From Paenirhodobacter sp. (GTDB taxonomy: Bacteria > Pseudomonadota > Alphaproteobacteria > Rhodobacterales > Rhodobacteraceae), in NCBI RefSeq assembly GCF_041916475.1, contig NZ_JAYRZN010000011.1, forward strand, positions 26,053-90,052: a stretch of DNA of 64,000 nt. Direction: 5' to 3'. The notes under the pieces were generated by a model. The model had not been told where the DNA came from and ran no database searches. It saw nothing but the letters and a program-made list of their open reading frames with translations. Below, one piece after another: positions 1 to 10,760 of this stretch. Position 1 is the stretch's first letter. Every line of letters begins with the position of its first letter. Both the position numbers and the translations under genes were made by a program.

Positions 1-85
1 GCGCTGCGTTCCGGCGCCGTTCCTCGGCTTCGGCCAGCGCGCGCTGGGCGGCGGGCGGCAGCTCCTTCTTCGGCTCTTCGCTCAT
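1..85 (-). CDS. DUF1674 (SdhAF4-like) small protein, N-terminal part; runs off the window
   Basis: Own translation MSEEPKKELPPAAQRALAEAEERRRNAA from ATG at 85, with AAGGAAG upstream; resembles alphaproteobacterial DUF1674 N-termini from memory. Confidence 0.65.
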   Translation of the reverse strand, partial: MSEEPKKELPPAAQRALAEAEERRRNAA

Positions 86-157
86 ATCGGCTTCCTTGTC
101 TGGGACCGGCTTCTGATATACGCCGCGCGGCAATTCGCAACAAGGGAAGGGACCGGG

Positions 158-1411
158 ATGAGCATCGACCTCGCCCGCCGCGCCGCCTGCGCGCTGATCC
201 TCGGGGTGACCGACGATCGCCGCACGCTCGCCGAACAGGCGGAAGTGCTCGAAGGGCTTTCGCCCGGGGAACGCGCCCGCGCGCAGCGGCTGGCGCTGAG
301 CGTGCTGCGCAATCTGGCGCGGGTGGATGCGATGCTGAAGCCGCATCTGCGCAAGGCCCCGCCCGCGGATCTGCGGGTGCTGCTGCGGCTGGCGGTGCTG
401 GAGCTGTGCGAGGGCGCGCCGCCGCATGGGGTGGTCAATGCCGCCGTGGCGCTGTGCCGCTCCGGCGGGCGGCGCACGGATGGCTATGCCGGGCTGGTGA
501 ATGCGGTGCTGCGCAAGGTGGCGGAAGACACCGCGCGTTGGGCCACGTTGCCGGTGCCGGCGCTGCCCGGATGGCTGCGCGGGCGGATGATGTCGGCCTG
601 GGGCAAGGTGGCGGTGCAGCGGATGGAGGCGGCGCATCTGGTAGGCGCGCCGATAGACCTGAGCGTGAAGGGCGATCCGGCGGTGCTGGCGGAGGAGCTC
701 GGGGCTGAGCTTCTGCCGACGGGCTCTGTGCGCCTGCCGCAGGGCGCGCAGGTGACGGAGCTTCCGGGCTATGCCGAGGGCCGCTGGTGGGTGCAGGATG
801 CGGCCGCGGCGCTGGCCGCGCGGGCGCTGGCTGCGCAGCCCGGCGAGCGGGTGCTGGACTTGTGCGCGGCGCCGGGCGGCAAGACGCTGCAGCTCGCGGC
901 CGCGGGCGCGGATGTGACCGCGCTCGATATCTCCGAGGCGCGGCTCGGGCGGCTCTGGCAGAACCTGACGCGCTGCGGGCTGAGCGCACGGGTGGTGGCG
1001 GCCGATGCGCTCCTGTGGGCGCCCGATGCCCCCTTCGATGCGATCCTGCTCGATGCGCCCTGTTCGGCCACCGGCACGATCCGGCGTCACCCGGACCTGC
1101 CCTTCGTCAAGGATGCCGCAGGGATCAAGGAGCTGGTGGCGCTGCAGGCCGCGCTGCTGGATCGGGCGCTCGGCTGGCTCCGGCCCGGCGGGCGGCTGGT
1201 CTATGCGACCTGCTCGCTCCTGCCCGAGGAGGGCGAGCGCCAGATCGAGGCCGCGCAGGCCCGCCACGGGCTCAGGGTCGTGGTGCCGGAGCTGCCGGGC
1301 GTGGATCCGGCCTGGCGCGGGCCTGCCGGGCTGCGGCTGCGCCCGGACTACTGGCCGGAGCGGGGCGGAATGGACGGATTTTTCATAGGTTCTGTTTACC
1401 CTGATTCGTGA
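158..1411 (+). CDS. rsmB: RsmB/NOP-family rRNA m5C methyltransferase with N-terminal NusB-like domain
   Basis: VQDAAA, DLCAAPGGKT, DAPCSATG and YATCS motifs. Confidence 0.88.
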   Translation: MSIDLARRAACALILGVTDDRRTLAEQAEVLEGLSPGERARAQRLALSVLRNLARVDAMLKPHLRKAPPADLRVLLRLAVLELCEGAPPHGVVNAAVALCRSGGRRTDGYAGLVNAVLRKVAEDTARWATLPVPALPGWLRGRMMSAWGKVAVQRMEAAHLVGAPIDLSVKGDPAVLAEELGAELLPTGSVRLPQGAQVTELPGYAEGRWWVQDAAAALAARALAAQPGERVLDLCAAPGGKTLQLAAAGADVTALDISEARLGRLWQNLTRCGLSARVVAADALLWAPDAPFDAILLDAPCSATGTIRRHPDLPFVKDAAGIKELVALQAALLDRALGWLRPGGRLVYATCSLLPEEGERQIEAAQARHGLRVVVPELPGVDPAWRGPAGLRLRPDYWPERGGMDGFFIGSVYPDS

Positions 1412-1424
1412 TCCGCAGAATGCG

Positions 1425-3212
1425 GTGACAGCAGGAGGGGCAGGGCATATGATCGCGCTGAGGCAGAGAGACCCGGAAGCGATGGCAGGCGGCAAGGAAA
1501 GGGCGGGCCAGGAGATCAGGGGCCGGCTCACGCAGGCGCGGGCGCGCCCCGCGACCGGGTTCGTCAGCCATCCGGAGCCCCGCACCATCGGCTCCTTCGC
1601 GCGCGGGCGGCAGCTGATTGCCGGGAATTTCCAGTTCGCCGGCTATCTGATCGAGGGGCCGGGCCAGTCGATCTGGGATCTGCCGATGCCGGACCCGAGC
1701 TTCGAGCAGGCGCTGCACGGCTTTGCCTGGCTCGACGATCTCTCGGCGGTGGGCGATGCGGCGGCGCGCGGCCGGGCGCAGGACTGGACCTTCGACTGGA
1801 TCTCCCGGTTCGGCGCGGGCAGCGGCCCGGGCTGGACGCCCGACCTTACCGGGCAGCGGCTGATGCGGCTGATCAACCATGCGCTGATGGTGATGAACGG
1901 GCGCGAGCGCGGCAAGGCCGATGCCTTCTTCCGCACGCTCGGGCAGCAGACGCTGTTCCTGTCGCGGCGCTGGCGCTCGGCCGGGCCGGGGCTGCCGCGG
2001 TTTCAGGCGCTGACGGGGCTGATCCACGCCGGGCTTTCGCTCACCGGGATGGCGGGGCATGCCGCGCCCGCGGCCGAGGCGCTGGCGCAGGAATGCGCGG
2101 AGCGGATCGATGCGCAGGGCGGGATAGAGAGCCGCAACCCCGAAGAATTGCTGGATATTTTCGCGCTGCTGATCTGGGCTTCGGATGTGCTCACGGCGGC
2201 GGGCCGCACGCCTGCGCCCGCGCATTTCCATGCCATCGCGCGGATCGCGCCCACGCTCCGGGCGCTGCGCCATGCGGATGGCGGGCTGGCGCGGTTTCAT
2301 GGCGGTGGCCGCGGCGCGGAGGGCAAGCTCGATTCCGCGCTGGCCGCGTCGGGCTCGCGCAAGCCCGCCGGGGATGGGCTGGCGATGGGCTTCGCGCGGC
2401 TCCATGCCGGGCGCAGCACGCTGATCGTCGATGCGGCGGCGCCGCCGCTGGGCGAGGCCTCCGCCCATGCCCATGCCTCCACCCTGGCGCTGGAGCTCAC
2501 CTCCGGGCGGCGCCCGCTGATCGTGAACTGCGGCTCGGGCGCGCAATTCGGGCCGGACTGGGCGCTGGCCGGGCGCGCGACGGCGAGCCATTCGACGCTC
2601 GCGCTGGAGGGCTATTCCTCCTCGCGCCTCGGGCCCACCTGTAAGCTCGGCGGCATCCCCCGCACGCGGCTCGACGAAACCCCGCGCGAGGTCTGGATGC
2701 GCGCGGAGACCGACCCGGCGCGCCATGCGCTCTTCGGCCACGACGGCTATGTGGTCACCCACGGGCTCACCCATGTGCGCGAGCTGGAGCTTTCGCCCGA
2801 TGGCGGTGTGCTGCGCGGGGCGGATACGCTCGGCGCGATGTCCACCGCCGACCGGAAGCGGTTCGATGCGGTGTTCGTGCGCTCCGGGCTGAAAGGGGTG
2901 CCGTTCAAGCTGCATTTCCACCTGCATCCGGATGTGGATGCGACGCTCGATATGGGCGGCTGGGCGGTGTCGATGGCGCTCAAGACCGGGGAGATCTGGG
3001 TGTTCCGCTTCGACGGGCCGGTGGAGCTCGGGCTGCTGCCTTCGGTCTATCTGGACCGTACGCGCCTGCGCCCGCGGCCCACGAAACAGATCGTGCTTTC
3101 GGGTGCGCTGTTCGATCATGCGCTCCAAATCGACTGGACCTTTGAACGTGCTCAGGTTACGCCGACCGCGATCCGCGACAGCGGCACGACGCCGCTCGCC
3201 CTCGACATCTGA
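1425..3212 (+). CDS. Heparinase II/III-like family protein; start uncertain (1425, 1449 or 1482)
   Basis: HAHAS..ALEL..GRRPLIVNCG, RATASHSTL, HDGY motifs; usual neighbour of rsmB and purH. Confidence 0.75.
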   Translation: MTAGGAGHMIALRQRDPEAMAGGKERAGQEIRGRLTQARARPATGFVSHPEPRTIGSFARGRQLIAGNFQFAGYLIEGPGQSIWDLPMPDPSFEQALHGFAWLDDLSAVGDAAARGRAQDWTFDWISRFGAGSGPGWTPDLTGQRLMRLINHALMVMNGRERGKADAFFRTLGQQTLFLSRRWRSAGPGLPRFQALTGLIHAGLSLTGMAGHAAPAAEALAQECAERIDAQGGIESRNPEELLDIFALLIWASDVLTAAGRTPAPAHFHAIARIAPTLRALRHADGGLARFHGGGRGAEGKLDSALAASGSRKPAGDGLAMGFARLHAGRSTLIVDAAAPPLGEASAHAHASTLALELTSGRRPLIVNCGSGAQFGPDWALAGRATASHSTLALEGYSSSRLGPTCKLGGIPRTRLDETPREVWMRAETDPARHALFGHDGYVVTHGLTHVRELELSPDGGVLRGADTLGAMSTADRKRFDAVFVRSGLKGVPFKLHFHLHPDVDATLDMGGWAVSMALKTGEIWVFRFDGPVELGLLPSVYLDRTRLRPRPTKQIVLSGALFDHALQIDWTFERAQVTPTAIRDSGTTPLALDI

Positions 3213-3230
3213 GCATAAGGACTGCCAGCC

Positions 3231-4817
3231 GTGACCAGACCTGTCCCCCTGACCCGCGCCCTGATTTCCGTTTCCGACAAGACCGGGCTGATCGATTTCG
3301 CCCGCGCCCTGTCCAGCCGCGGGGTGGAGCTGCTCTCCACCGGCGGGACGGCCAAGGCGCTGCGCGAGGCGGGGATGCATGTGGTGGATGTGGCCGAGGT
3401 GACCGGCTTCCCCGAGATGATGGACGGCCGGGTGAAGACGCTGCATCCGGTGGTGCATGGCGGGCTTCTGGCGCTGCGCGACAACGAGGAGCATGTGGCG
3501 GCAATGCAGGCCCATGACATCCAGCCGATCGACCTGCTGGTGGTGAACCTGTACCCGTTCGAGGCCACCGTCGCGAAGGGCGCCGCGTACGACGACTGCA
3601 TCGAGAACATCGACATCGGCGGCCCGGCGATGATCCGCGCGGCCTCGAAGAACCATGCCTTCGTCACCGTGGTGGTGGATGTGGAGGATTATGCCGCCGT
3701 CCTGAAGGAGCTGGATGCCAACGACGGCGCCACCACCTATGCCTTCCGGCAGCGCCAGGCGCAGATCGCCTATGCCCGTACCGCCGCCTATGATGCCGCC
3801 GTCAGCACCTGGATGGCGCAGGCGATCGAGGAGGCCGCGCCGCGCCGCCGCGCCTTCGCGGGCACGCTCGCCCAGACCCTGCGCTATGGCGAGAACCCGC
3901 ATCAGCAGGCGGCGTTCTACCGCGATGGCAGTGACCGCCCCGGCGTCGCCACCGCGAAGCAGTGGCAGGGCAAGGAGCTGAGCTACAACAACATCAACGA
4001 TACCGATGCGGCCTTCGAGCTGGTCGCCGAATTCCCGGCAGACCAGCCCGCCTGCGCGATCATCAAGCACGCGAACCCCTGCGGCGTGGCCACTGGCGCC
4101 ACCCTTGCGCAGGCCTATGCCCGCGCCTTCGACTGCGACCGCACCTCCGCCTTCGGCGGCATCATCGCGCTGAATCAGGTGCTGGATGAAGCCACCGCGC
4201 AGGAGATCACCGGCATTTTCACCGAAGTCGTCATCGCCCCGGATGCGACCGAAGGCGCCCGCGCCGTATTTGCCGCGAAGAAGAACCTGCGCCTGCTGAC
4301 CACCGGCGCCCTGCCCGATGTGGCGGCGCCGATCACCTCCTTCCGCCAGGTCGCTGGCGGCTTCCTCGTGCAGGACAAGGACAACGGTCGCATCACGCCG
4401 CAGGACCTGAAGGTCGTCACCGCGCGCGCCCCCTCGGAGCAGGAGCTGAAAGACCTGCTCTTCGCCTGGAAAGTGGCGAAGCATGTGAAATCCAACGCGA
4501 TCATCTATGTGAAGGATGGCGCCACCGTCGGCGTCGGCGCCGGGCAGATGAGCCGCGTCGATTCTACCCGCATCGCCGCCCGCAAGGCGCAGGATATGGC
4601 CGAGGTGCTGGGCCTCGATGCGCCGCTGACCAAGGGCTCGGTGGTGGCCTCGGATGCGTTCTTCCCCTTCGCCGATGGCCTGATCACCGCCGCCGAAGCC
4701 GGCGCGACCGCGATCATCCAGCCCGGCGGCTCGATGCGCGATCAGGAGGTCATCGACGCCGCGAATGAACGCGGCCTTGCCATGGTCTTCACCGGCATGC
4801 GCCACTTCCGGCACTGA
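3231..4817 (+). CDS. purH: Bifunctional AICAR transformylase/IMP cyclohydrolase
   Basis: [42 protein letters not shown]-terminal RHFRH. Confidence 0.98.
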   Translation: MTRPVPLTRALISVSDKTGLIDFARALSSRGVELLSTGGTAKALREAGMHVVDVAEVTGFPEMMDGRVKTLHPVVHGGLLALRDNEEHVAAMQAHDIQPIDLLVVNLYPFEATVAKGAAYDDCIENIDIGGPAMIRAASKNHAFVTVVVDVEDYAAVLKELDANDGATTYAFRQRQAQIAYARTAAYDAAVSTWMAQAIEEAAPRRRAFAGTLAQTLRYGENPHQQAAFYRDGSDRPGVATAKQWQGKELSYNNINDTDAAFELVAEFPADQPACAIIKHANPCGVATGATLAQAYARAFDCDRTSAFGGIIALNQVLDEATAQEITGIFTEVVIAPDATEGARAVFAAKKNLRLLTTGALPDVAAPITSFRQVAGGFLVQDKDNGRITPQDLKVVTARAPSEQELKDLLFAWKVAKHVKSNAIIYVKDGATVGVGAGQMSRVDSTRIAARKAQDMAEVLGLDAPLTKGSVVASDAFFPFADGLITAAEAGATAIIQPGGSMRDQEVIDAANERGLAMVFTGMRHFRH

Positions 4818-4890
4818 GGGCCGCGGGGGGCCGGCCCGGCCCCCCCAGGGGCGCCCCCTGGCCCGCCACTTCCGGCACTGAGGGCCGCGG
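4800..4890 (+). repeat. Exact 27-bp direct repeat of the purH 3' end with a 37-bp palindromic spacer
   Basis: CGCCACTTCCGGCACTGAGGGCCGCGG at 4800-4826 and 4864-4890. Confidence 0.95.
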
Positions 4891-5022
4891 CGCGCGGCCT
4901 CGTCCGCCGCTGGCTCGCGCATGGCCGCGCGCCTTCCGCAAGGGCGTAGCCGGACCAACCTATCGCTAGGCCGCGCCCGCGGCCGTCTACCCGCCGCCCA
5001 TGCGGCCCCGAAGGAGGCGAAC

Positions 5023-5502
5023 ATGCGTCTGATGGCCTGGATCGCGGCAGGGATCTTCCTGCTCGATCAGATCTCCAAATACATCGTCGTCCACCTGATG
5101 AACCTCGATCGGGTGCTGGAGATCGACGTCTTCTCACCCTGGCTCGATTTTCGCATGGCCTGGAACCAGGGCGTGAACTTCGGCCTGTTCTCGGGGGAGG
5201 ACCAGCTCACCCGCTGGCTGCTCATCGTCCTGTCGCTGGTGATCACCGGCTGGGTCTGGCACTGGGTGCGCCGCAGCAAGGGCGACCGCCGGATGCAGGT
5301 CGCGGCCGGGCTGCTGATCGGCGGCGCGCTCGGCAATGTGATCGACCGCGTGCTCTATGGCGCGGTGGCGGATTTCCTGAACATGTCGCTGCCGTTCTGG
5401 CGCAACCCCTGGTCGTTCAACGTGGCCGATATCGCAATTTTTGCGGGGGCGCTCGGCCTCGTGCTGTTCAGCGGCGAGAAGAATGCGAAACGCCGCCGCT
5501 GA
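5023..5502 (+). CDS. lspA: Lipoprotein signal peptidase II
   Basis: DQISK, NQGVNFG, GGALGNVIDR, FNVAD motifs; AAGGAGG RBS at 5011-5017. Confidence 0.95.
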   Translation: MRLMAWIAAGIFLLDQISKYIVVHLMNLDRVLEIDVFSPWLDFRMAWNQGVNFGLFSGEDQLTRWLLIVLSLVITGWVWHWVRRSKGDRRMQVAAGLLIGGALGNVIDRVLYGAVADFLNMSLPFWRNPWSFNVADIAIFAGALGLVLFSGEKNAKRRR

Positions 5503-5571
5503 GCGCCCAAGGGGCGTGACGCCGCTGCGGCGATAGGCTAAGAGGGGGCTGAAACGGTGAGGGAGTGGCTC

Positions 5572-6105
5572 ATGCGCGCGTCAATCGGAAAGCTCGGGAT
5601 CGCGGTGGCGATTGCGGCGCTGGTGGCGGGCTGCGGGTCGGAAAAGCCGCAGCTCATGCAGCTGCGCAAGACCACGCCGGGCCCGGACGAATTCGCGATT
5701 CTGCCGACGAAGCCCTTGACCATGCCGGAAAATCTGGCGCTGCTGCCGGCGCCTACGCCGGGCGGCACCAATATCACCGACCCGAGCCCGCAAAGCGACG
5801 TGATCGCGGCACTCGGCGGGCGCCCGCAGGCCGGATCGGTGGCCTCGGATGGCGCCCTGCTCGCGCGGGCCTCGCGCTTCGGCACCGATGCCGCGATCCG
5901 CGGCCGGCTCGCCGCAGAGGATCTGGAATGGCGGCGCGCGAATGACGGGCGCCTGCTGGAGCGGTGGTTCGGGGTCTCGAGCTATCTCGCCGCCTACAAG
6001 CCGATGTCGCTCAACCAGATGGCCGAAACCGAGCGCTGGCGCGCCGTCGGCATGCGCACGCCCGCTGCGCCGCCCTCGGCCGAAGCGCAAAAGGCGATGC
6101 CCTGA
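5572..6105 (+). CDS. DUF3035 family lipoprotein
   Basis: Lipobox LVAGC; GPDEFAILPTKPLTMP and LPAPTPGGTN. Confidence 0.75.
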   Translation: MRASIGKLGIAVAIAALVAGCGSEKPQLMQLRKTTPGPDEFAILPTKPLTMPENLALLPAPTPGGTNITDPSPQSDVIAALGGRPQAGSVASDGALLARASRFGTDAAIRGRLAAEDLEWRRANDGRLLERWFGVSSYLAAYKPMSLNQMAETERWRAVGMRTPAAPPSAEAQKAMP

Positions 6106-6195
6106 CGGCGCTTCAACTCCGCGTCACTGTGCCGATCGGCGGTTGCCTTGGCGGAATGTCGCCGTAAAGTCTGCGCCGACATCTACGAGGAGCCC

Positions 6196-7572
6196 ATGTT
6201 GCGCGCATCCCTTGCCGCGGTTTTCGCGGTTTTCGCCATCGGCGCGGCCCATGCCGACCCCGTGAGCCATTTCACCCTGCCGAACGGCCTTGAGGCCGTG
6301 GTGATCGAGGATCACCGCGCCCCGGTCGTGGTGCAGATGGTCTGGTACCGCACCGGCTCTGCCGATGAGGTCCGGGGCAAATCCGGCATCGCCCATTTCC
6401 TCGAACATCTGATGTTCAAGGGGACCGACACCATGGCGGCGGGCGAACTCTCGAAGACGGTTTCGGCCAATGGCGGCTCCGACAATGCCTTCACCTCCTA
6501 CGACTACACCGCCTATTACCAGCGCATCGCGGCCGACCGGCTGGAGCTGGTGATGAAGATGGAAGCCGACCGGATGCGGCATCTGAAGCTCTCGCCCGAC
6601 GACTGGACCACCGAGCGCGACGTCATCCTGGAGGAGCGCGCGCAGCGCATCGACAGCGATCCGGGCGCGCTCTTCAACGAGCAGATGCGCGCGGCGCAGT
6701 TCCTCAACAGCCCCTATGGCACGCCGATCATCGGCTGGCGCCAGGAGATGGAGGGCCTGACCCGCGACGATGCGCTGGCCTGGTACCACCGCTATTATGC
6801 GCCCAATAACGCGGTGCTGGTGGTGGCGGGCGATGTAACCCCGGATCAGGTGCGCGCGCTGGCCGAGCAGTATTACGGGCCGCTCGCGCCCTCGCAGGAC
6901 ATTCCCCCGCGCGCTCGCCCGCAGGAGCCGCCGCAGCTTGCCGCGCGGCATCTGGATTTCAGCGATGACCGGGTGGCGCAGCCCTATCTCACCCGCACCT
7001 ATCTGGCCCCCGAGCGCAACCCGGGCGATCAGAAGCAGGCAGCGGCGCTGACCGTGCTTTCGGCGATTCTGGGCGGCAATGCGCAGACATCGGTGCTCTC
7101 GCGCAAGCTCGTGTTCGACAAGGGCGACGCGATCTATGTCTCCACGGGCTATGATGGCATGTCGATCGACCGCACCACCTTCGGGATTTCGATGATGCCT
7201 GCGCCCGACGTATCCCTGCCCGATGCCGAAAAGGCGCTGGATGCGGCGCTGGCCGAATTCCTGAAGGAAGGCATCGATCCGGCGCAGTTCGAGCGCATCC
7301 GCGCCCAGATCCGCGCCGGACAGATCTATGAGAAGGACAACACCCAGGGCCTCGCGCAGCGCTATGGCGAGGCGCTGGCCTCGGGCTTTTCCATTGCCGA
7401 TGTGCAGGCCTGGCCCGATGTGCTGATGTCGGTCAGCGAGGCCGATGTGATGGCGGCGGCGCAGGAGCTGCTCGTCCCCGCCCGTGCCGTCACCGGCTAT
7501 GTGGAACGGGGCAAGGCCGGCGGCGAGCCCGCCCTGCCCGAAGCGCCGAATGCTCAGGAGGTCGCGCAATGA
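6196..7572 (+). CDS. M16 family zinc peptidase, catalytic subunit with signal peptide
   Basis: GIAHFLEHLMFKG (HxxEH), NAFTSYDYT. Confidence 0.93.
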   Translation: MLRASLAAVFAVFAIGAAHADPVSHFTLPNGLEAVVIEDHRAPVVVQMVWYRTGSADEVRGKSGIAHFLEHLMFKGTDTMAAGELSKTVSANGGSDNAFTSYDYTAYYQRIAADRLELVMKMEADRMRHLKLSPDDWTTERDVILEERAQRIDSDPGALFNEQMRAAQFLNSPYGTPIIGWRQEMEGLTRDDALAWYHRYYAPNNAVLVVAGDVTPDQVRALAEQYYGPLAPSQDIPPRARPQEPPQLAARHLDFSDDRVAQPYLTRTYLAPERNPGDQKQAAALTVLSAILGGNAQTSVLSRKLVFDKGDAIYVSTGYDGMSIDRTTFGISMMPAPDVSLPDAEKALDAALAEFLKEGIDPAQFERIRAQIRAGQIYEKDNTQGLAQRYGEALASGFSIADVQAWPDVLMSVSEADVMAAAQELLVPARAVTGYVERGKAGGEPALPEAPNAQEVAQ

Positions 7573-8873
7573 TCCGCAATATCCTGCGTGCCGCTGCCGC
7601 GCTGATCGTGCTGGCGCTGCCGGCCCATGCCATCGACATCCGCGAGGTGACCTCGCCCGGCGGGATCCGCGCCTGGCTGGTGGAGGCGCATGACATCCCC
7701 TTCACCGCGCTGGAGATCCGCTTCCGCGGCGGCGCCTCGCTCGATGCGCCCGGAAAGCGCGGCGAGATCAATCTGATGACCGCCACGCTGGAGGAAGGCG
7801 CGGGCGATTATGACAGCCAGGGCTTTGCCGCCGCGCAGGAAGCGCTGGCCGCGAAATTCGGCTTCGACGTGGACGACGACACGCTGGCGGTCTCGGCGCG
7901 GATGCTCAGCGAGAACCGTGACAAGGCGGTCGATCTGCTGCGCAGCGCGCTGACCGATCCGCATTTCGATCAGGCCTCGGTGGACCGGGTGCGGGGGCAG
8001 GTGCTCTCGGTCATCGCCTCGAACGAGAAGGACCCGGGCGCGATCGCCGGGGCGGCGCTGCGCAAGATCGCCTGGCCCGACCACCCCTATGGCACCGCGC
8101 TCGACGGCACCGCCGAGAGCGTGAAGGCGCTCACCCGCGAGGATATGTTCGACGCCAAGGCCCGGGTGATGGCGCGCGACCGGATGGTGGTCTCCGCGGT
8201 GGGCGATATCACGCCCGAGGAGCTCGGCCCGCTGCTCGATCGTCTGCTGGGGGCGCTGCCCGAGAAGGGCGCCGAAATGCCGCCCGCCGTGGCGCCGAAG
8301 CTGAGCGGCGGGGTGACGGTGGTGCCCTTCGACACGCCGCAATCCATGGTCGCCTTCGCGCAGCCGGGCCTCGCGATGGACGATCCGGATTTCTTCGCAG
8401 CCTATGTGCTCAATCAGATCCTCGGCGCGGGCGGGTTTTCCTCGCGGCTGATGGATGAGGTGCGCGAGAAGCGCGGCCTGACCTATGGCATTTACACCTA
8501 TCTGGTGCCGAAGGACCTCTCGGCCACCTGGCAGGGCGGCTTCGCCTCCGCCAACGACAAGGTGGCCGAGGCGGTGAAGATCACGCAGGAAGAATGGGAA
8601 AAGGCCGCGACCGGCGCCGTGACCGATCAGGAACTGGCGGATGCCAAGACCTACCTGACCGGCGCCTATCCGCTGCGCTTCGATGGCAATGCGAATATCG
8701 CCGATATTCTGGTGGGCATGCAGCTGAACGGCATGGGGGTGGATTACATCAACACCCGCAACGCCAAGGTGGAAGCGGTGACGAAGGACGACGTGGCGCG
8801 GGTGGCGAAGCGGCTGCTGGATCCGGCGGCGCTGCGCTTCGTGGTGGTCGGCAAGCCAGTGGGGCTGGAGTAG
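7569..8873 (+). CDS. M16 family peptidase, non-catalytic partner subunit
   Basis: M16 features (SRLMDEVREKRGLTYG) without HxxEH; ATGA overlap with the previous gene. Confidence 0.9.
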   Translation: MIRNILRAAAALIVLALPAHAIDIREVTSPGGIRAWLVEAHDIPFTALEIRFRGGASLDAPGKRGEINLMTATLEEGAGDYDSQGFAAAQEALAAKFGFDVDDDTLAVSARMLSENRDKAVDLLRSALTDPHFDQASVDRVRGQVLSVIASNEKDPGAIAGAALRKIAWPDHPYGTALDGTAESVKALTREDMFDAKARVMARDRMVVSAVGDITPEELGPLLDRLLGALPEKGAEMPPAVAPKLSGGVTVVPFDTPQSMVAFAQPGLAMDDPDFFAAYVLNQILGAGGFSSRLMDEVREKRGLTYGIYTYLVPKDLSATWQGGFASANDKVAEAVKITQEEWEKAATGAVTDQELADAKTYLTGAYPLRFDGNANIADILVGMQLNGMGVDYINTRNAKVEAVTKDDVARVAKRLLDPAALRFVVVGKPVGLE

Positions 8874-8915
8874 AATCTGTTCCGCTTGCGGGAGGGCTGT
8901 GCTACAGCTGGTAGC

Positions 8916-10760
8916 ATGAATGCACAGCCCCCCAACATAGGCACTTCGCGCCCCGTGATCCGGCAGCTGGACGAGGCCGCGGCGAACCGCATCGCCGCGG
9001 GCGAAGTGGTGGAGCGCCCGGCCTCGGCGGTGAAGGAGCTGGTGGAGAACGCGCTGGATGCGGGCGCCACCCGGGTCGAGATCGCCTATACCGATGGCGG
9101 CAAGACCCAGATCCGCATCACCGACGATGGCTGCGGCATGACGGCAGAGGACCTGCCGCTGGCGCTCAGCCGCCATGCCACGTCGAAGATCGACGGCTCG
9201 GACCTGCTCAACATCCACACCTTCGGCTTCCGCGGCGAGGCGCTGCCCTCGCTGGGCGCGGTCGGGCGGCTCACGATTACGTCCCGCGCCGAAGGCTTCG
9301 AGGCCGCGGCGATCACCGTCTCGGGCGGGCAGCTGGGGGCGGTGCGCCCGGCCGCGCTGAACCGCGGCACGGTGGTGGAGCTGCGCGACCTGTTCTATGC
9401 CACGCCTGCGCGGCTGAAATTCATGCGCACGGACCGGGCCGAGGCGCAGGCCATCGCCGATGTGGTGAAGCGCCTCGCCATGGCGGAGCCCTATGTCAGC
9501 TTTCGGCTGAGCGATGGCACGCGCGAGATTTTCCGCGCGGATGCAGAGCAGGGCGAGCTGTTCGGGGCGCTGTCGGGGCGGCTCACGCGCGTGCTCGGGC
9601 GCGAGTTCACCGAAAATGCGGTGCGCATCGAGGCGGAGCGCGAGGGGATCCGGCTCACCGGCTATGCCGCGCTGCCGACCTATTCGCGCGGCGCGGCGGT
9701 GGAGCAGTTCCTGTTCGTCAATGGCCGCCCCGTGCGCGACAAGATGCTGATCGGGGCGCTGCGCGCGGCCTATATGGATTTCCTCAGCCGGGACCGGCAT
9801 CCGGCGGCGGTGCTGTTCCTGAGCTGCGATCCGGAGCGGGTGGATGTGAATGTGCATCCCGCTAAGGCCGAGGTGCGCTTTCGCGAGGCGGGCGTGCCGC
9901 GCGGGCTGATCATCACCGCGATCCGCCATGCGCTGGCCGAAGCCGGGCACCGGGCCTCCTCCACCGTGGCGCAGGCGACGCTGGGCGCCTTCCGCCCGGA
10001 GCCGGAGGCGCCGCGGGTCTATCAGATGGACCGCCCCTCCATGGGCGCGATCCGCAGCGCCTGGGCCGCGCAGGCGCCGCTGATGGAGCCGATGTTCGAC
10101 GAAGCCCCCCGCGGCTGGGAGGCGCCCGCGCCCATAGCCCCGAGCGCGCGCGCGGAGCCCGCGATGCCGGTGCCGCCTTCGGCACCGCTCGGCGCCGCGC
10201 GGGCGCAGGTGCACGAGAATTACATCATCGCCCAGACCGAGACCGGCATCGTCATCGTCGATCAGCATGCGGCGCATGAGCGGCTGGTCTATGAGCGGCT
10301 GAAGCGTCAGACCGAGGAGCGCGGCGTCGCGGCGCAGGCGCTGCTGATCCCGGAGGTCGTGGAACTGTCGGCGGGGGATGCGGGCCTGCTGCTGGAGCAT
10401 GCCGAGGCGCTGGCGCGGCTCGGGCTCGCGATCGAGCCTTTCGGCGGCACCGCGGTGGCGGTGCGCGAAACCCCGGCGGTACTGGGCGAAATCAACGCGG
10501 GCGCCCTGCTGCGCGACGTGCTGGACGAGCTCGCCGATCTGGGCGACAGCCAGCTGGTGAAAGCGAAAATCGACGCGGTGCTGAGCCGGATGGCCTGCCA
10601 TGGCTCGGTGCGCTCGGGGCGGCAGATGCGGGTCGAGGAGATGAACGCGCTCCTGCGCGAAATGGAGCTGACCCCGCATTCGGGCCAGTGCAACCACGGC
10701 CGCCCGACCTATGTGGAACTGAAACTCGCCGATATCGAGCGGCTCTTCGGACGGACATGA
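8916..10760 (+). CDS. mutL: DNA mismatch repair endonuclease MutL
   Basis: [33 protein letters not shown]. Confidence 0.98.
   Translation: MNAQPPNIGTSRPVIRQLDEAAANRIAAGEVVERPASAVKELVENALDAGATRVEIAYTDGGKTQIRITDDGCGMTAEDLPLALSRHATSKIDGSDLLNIHTFGFRGEALPSLGAVGRLTITSRAEGFEAAAITVSGGQLGAVRPAALNRGTVVELRDLFYATPARLKFMRTDRAEAQAIADVVKRLAMAEPYVSFRLSDGTREIFRADAEQGELFGALSGRLTRVLGREFTENAVRIEAEREGIRLTGYAALPTYSRGAAVEQFLFVNGRPVRDKMLIGALRAAYMDFLSRDRHPAAVLFLSCDPERVDVNVHPAKAEVRFREAGVPRGLIITAIRHALAEAGHRASSTVAQATLGAFRPEPEAPRVYQMDRPSMGAIRSAWAAQAPLMEPMFDEAPRGWEAPAPIAPSARAEPAMPVPPSAPLGAARAQVHENYIIAQTETGIVIVDQHAAHERLVYERLKRQTEERGVAAQALLIPEVVELSAGDAGLLLEHAEALARLGLAIEPFGGTAVAVRETPAVLGEINAGALLRDVLDELADLGDSQLVKAKIDAVLSRMACHGSVRSGRQMRVEEMNALLREMELTPHSGQCNHGRPTYVELKLADIERLFGRT

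Noticed and set aside
7569-8873. M16 peptidase lacking HxxEH as a pseudogene
   Set aside because: A catalytic plus non-catalytic pair is the normal heterodimeric M16B arrangement.
1383-10697. Very long opposite-strand ORFs (1383-5024, 6124-7569, 7554-10697) and similar ones elsewhere
   Set aside because: Shadow ORFs of real genes in high-GC DNA; Arg/Gly/His-rich with no recognisable motifs.
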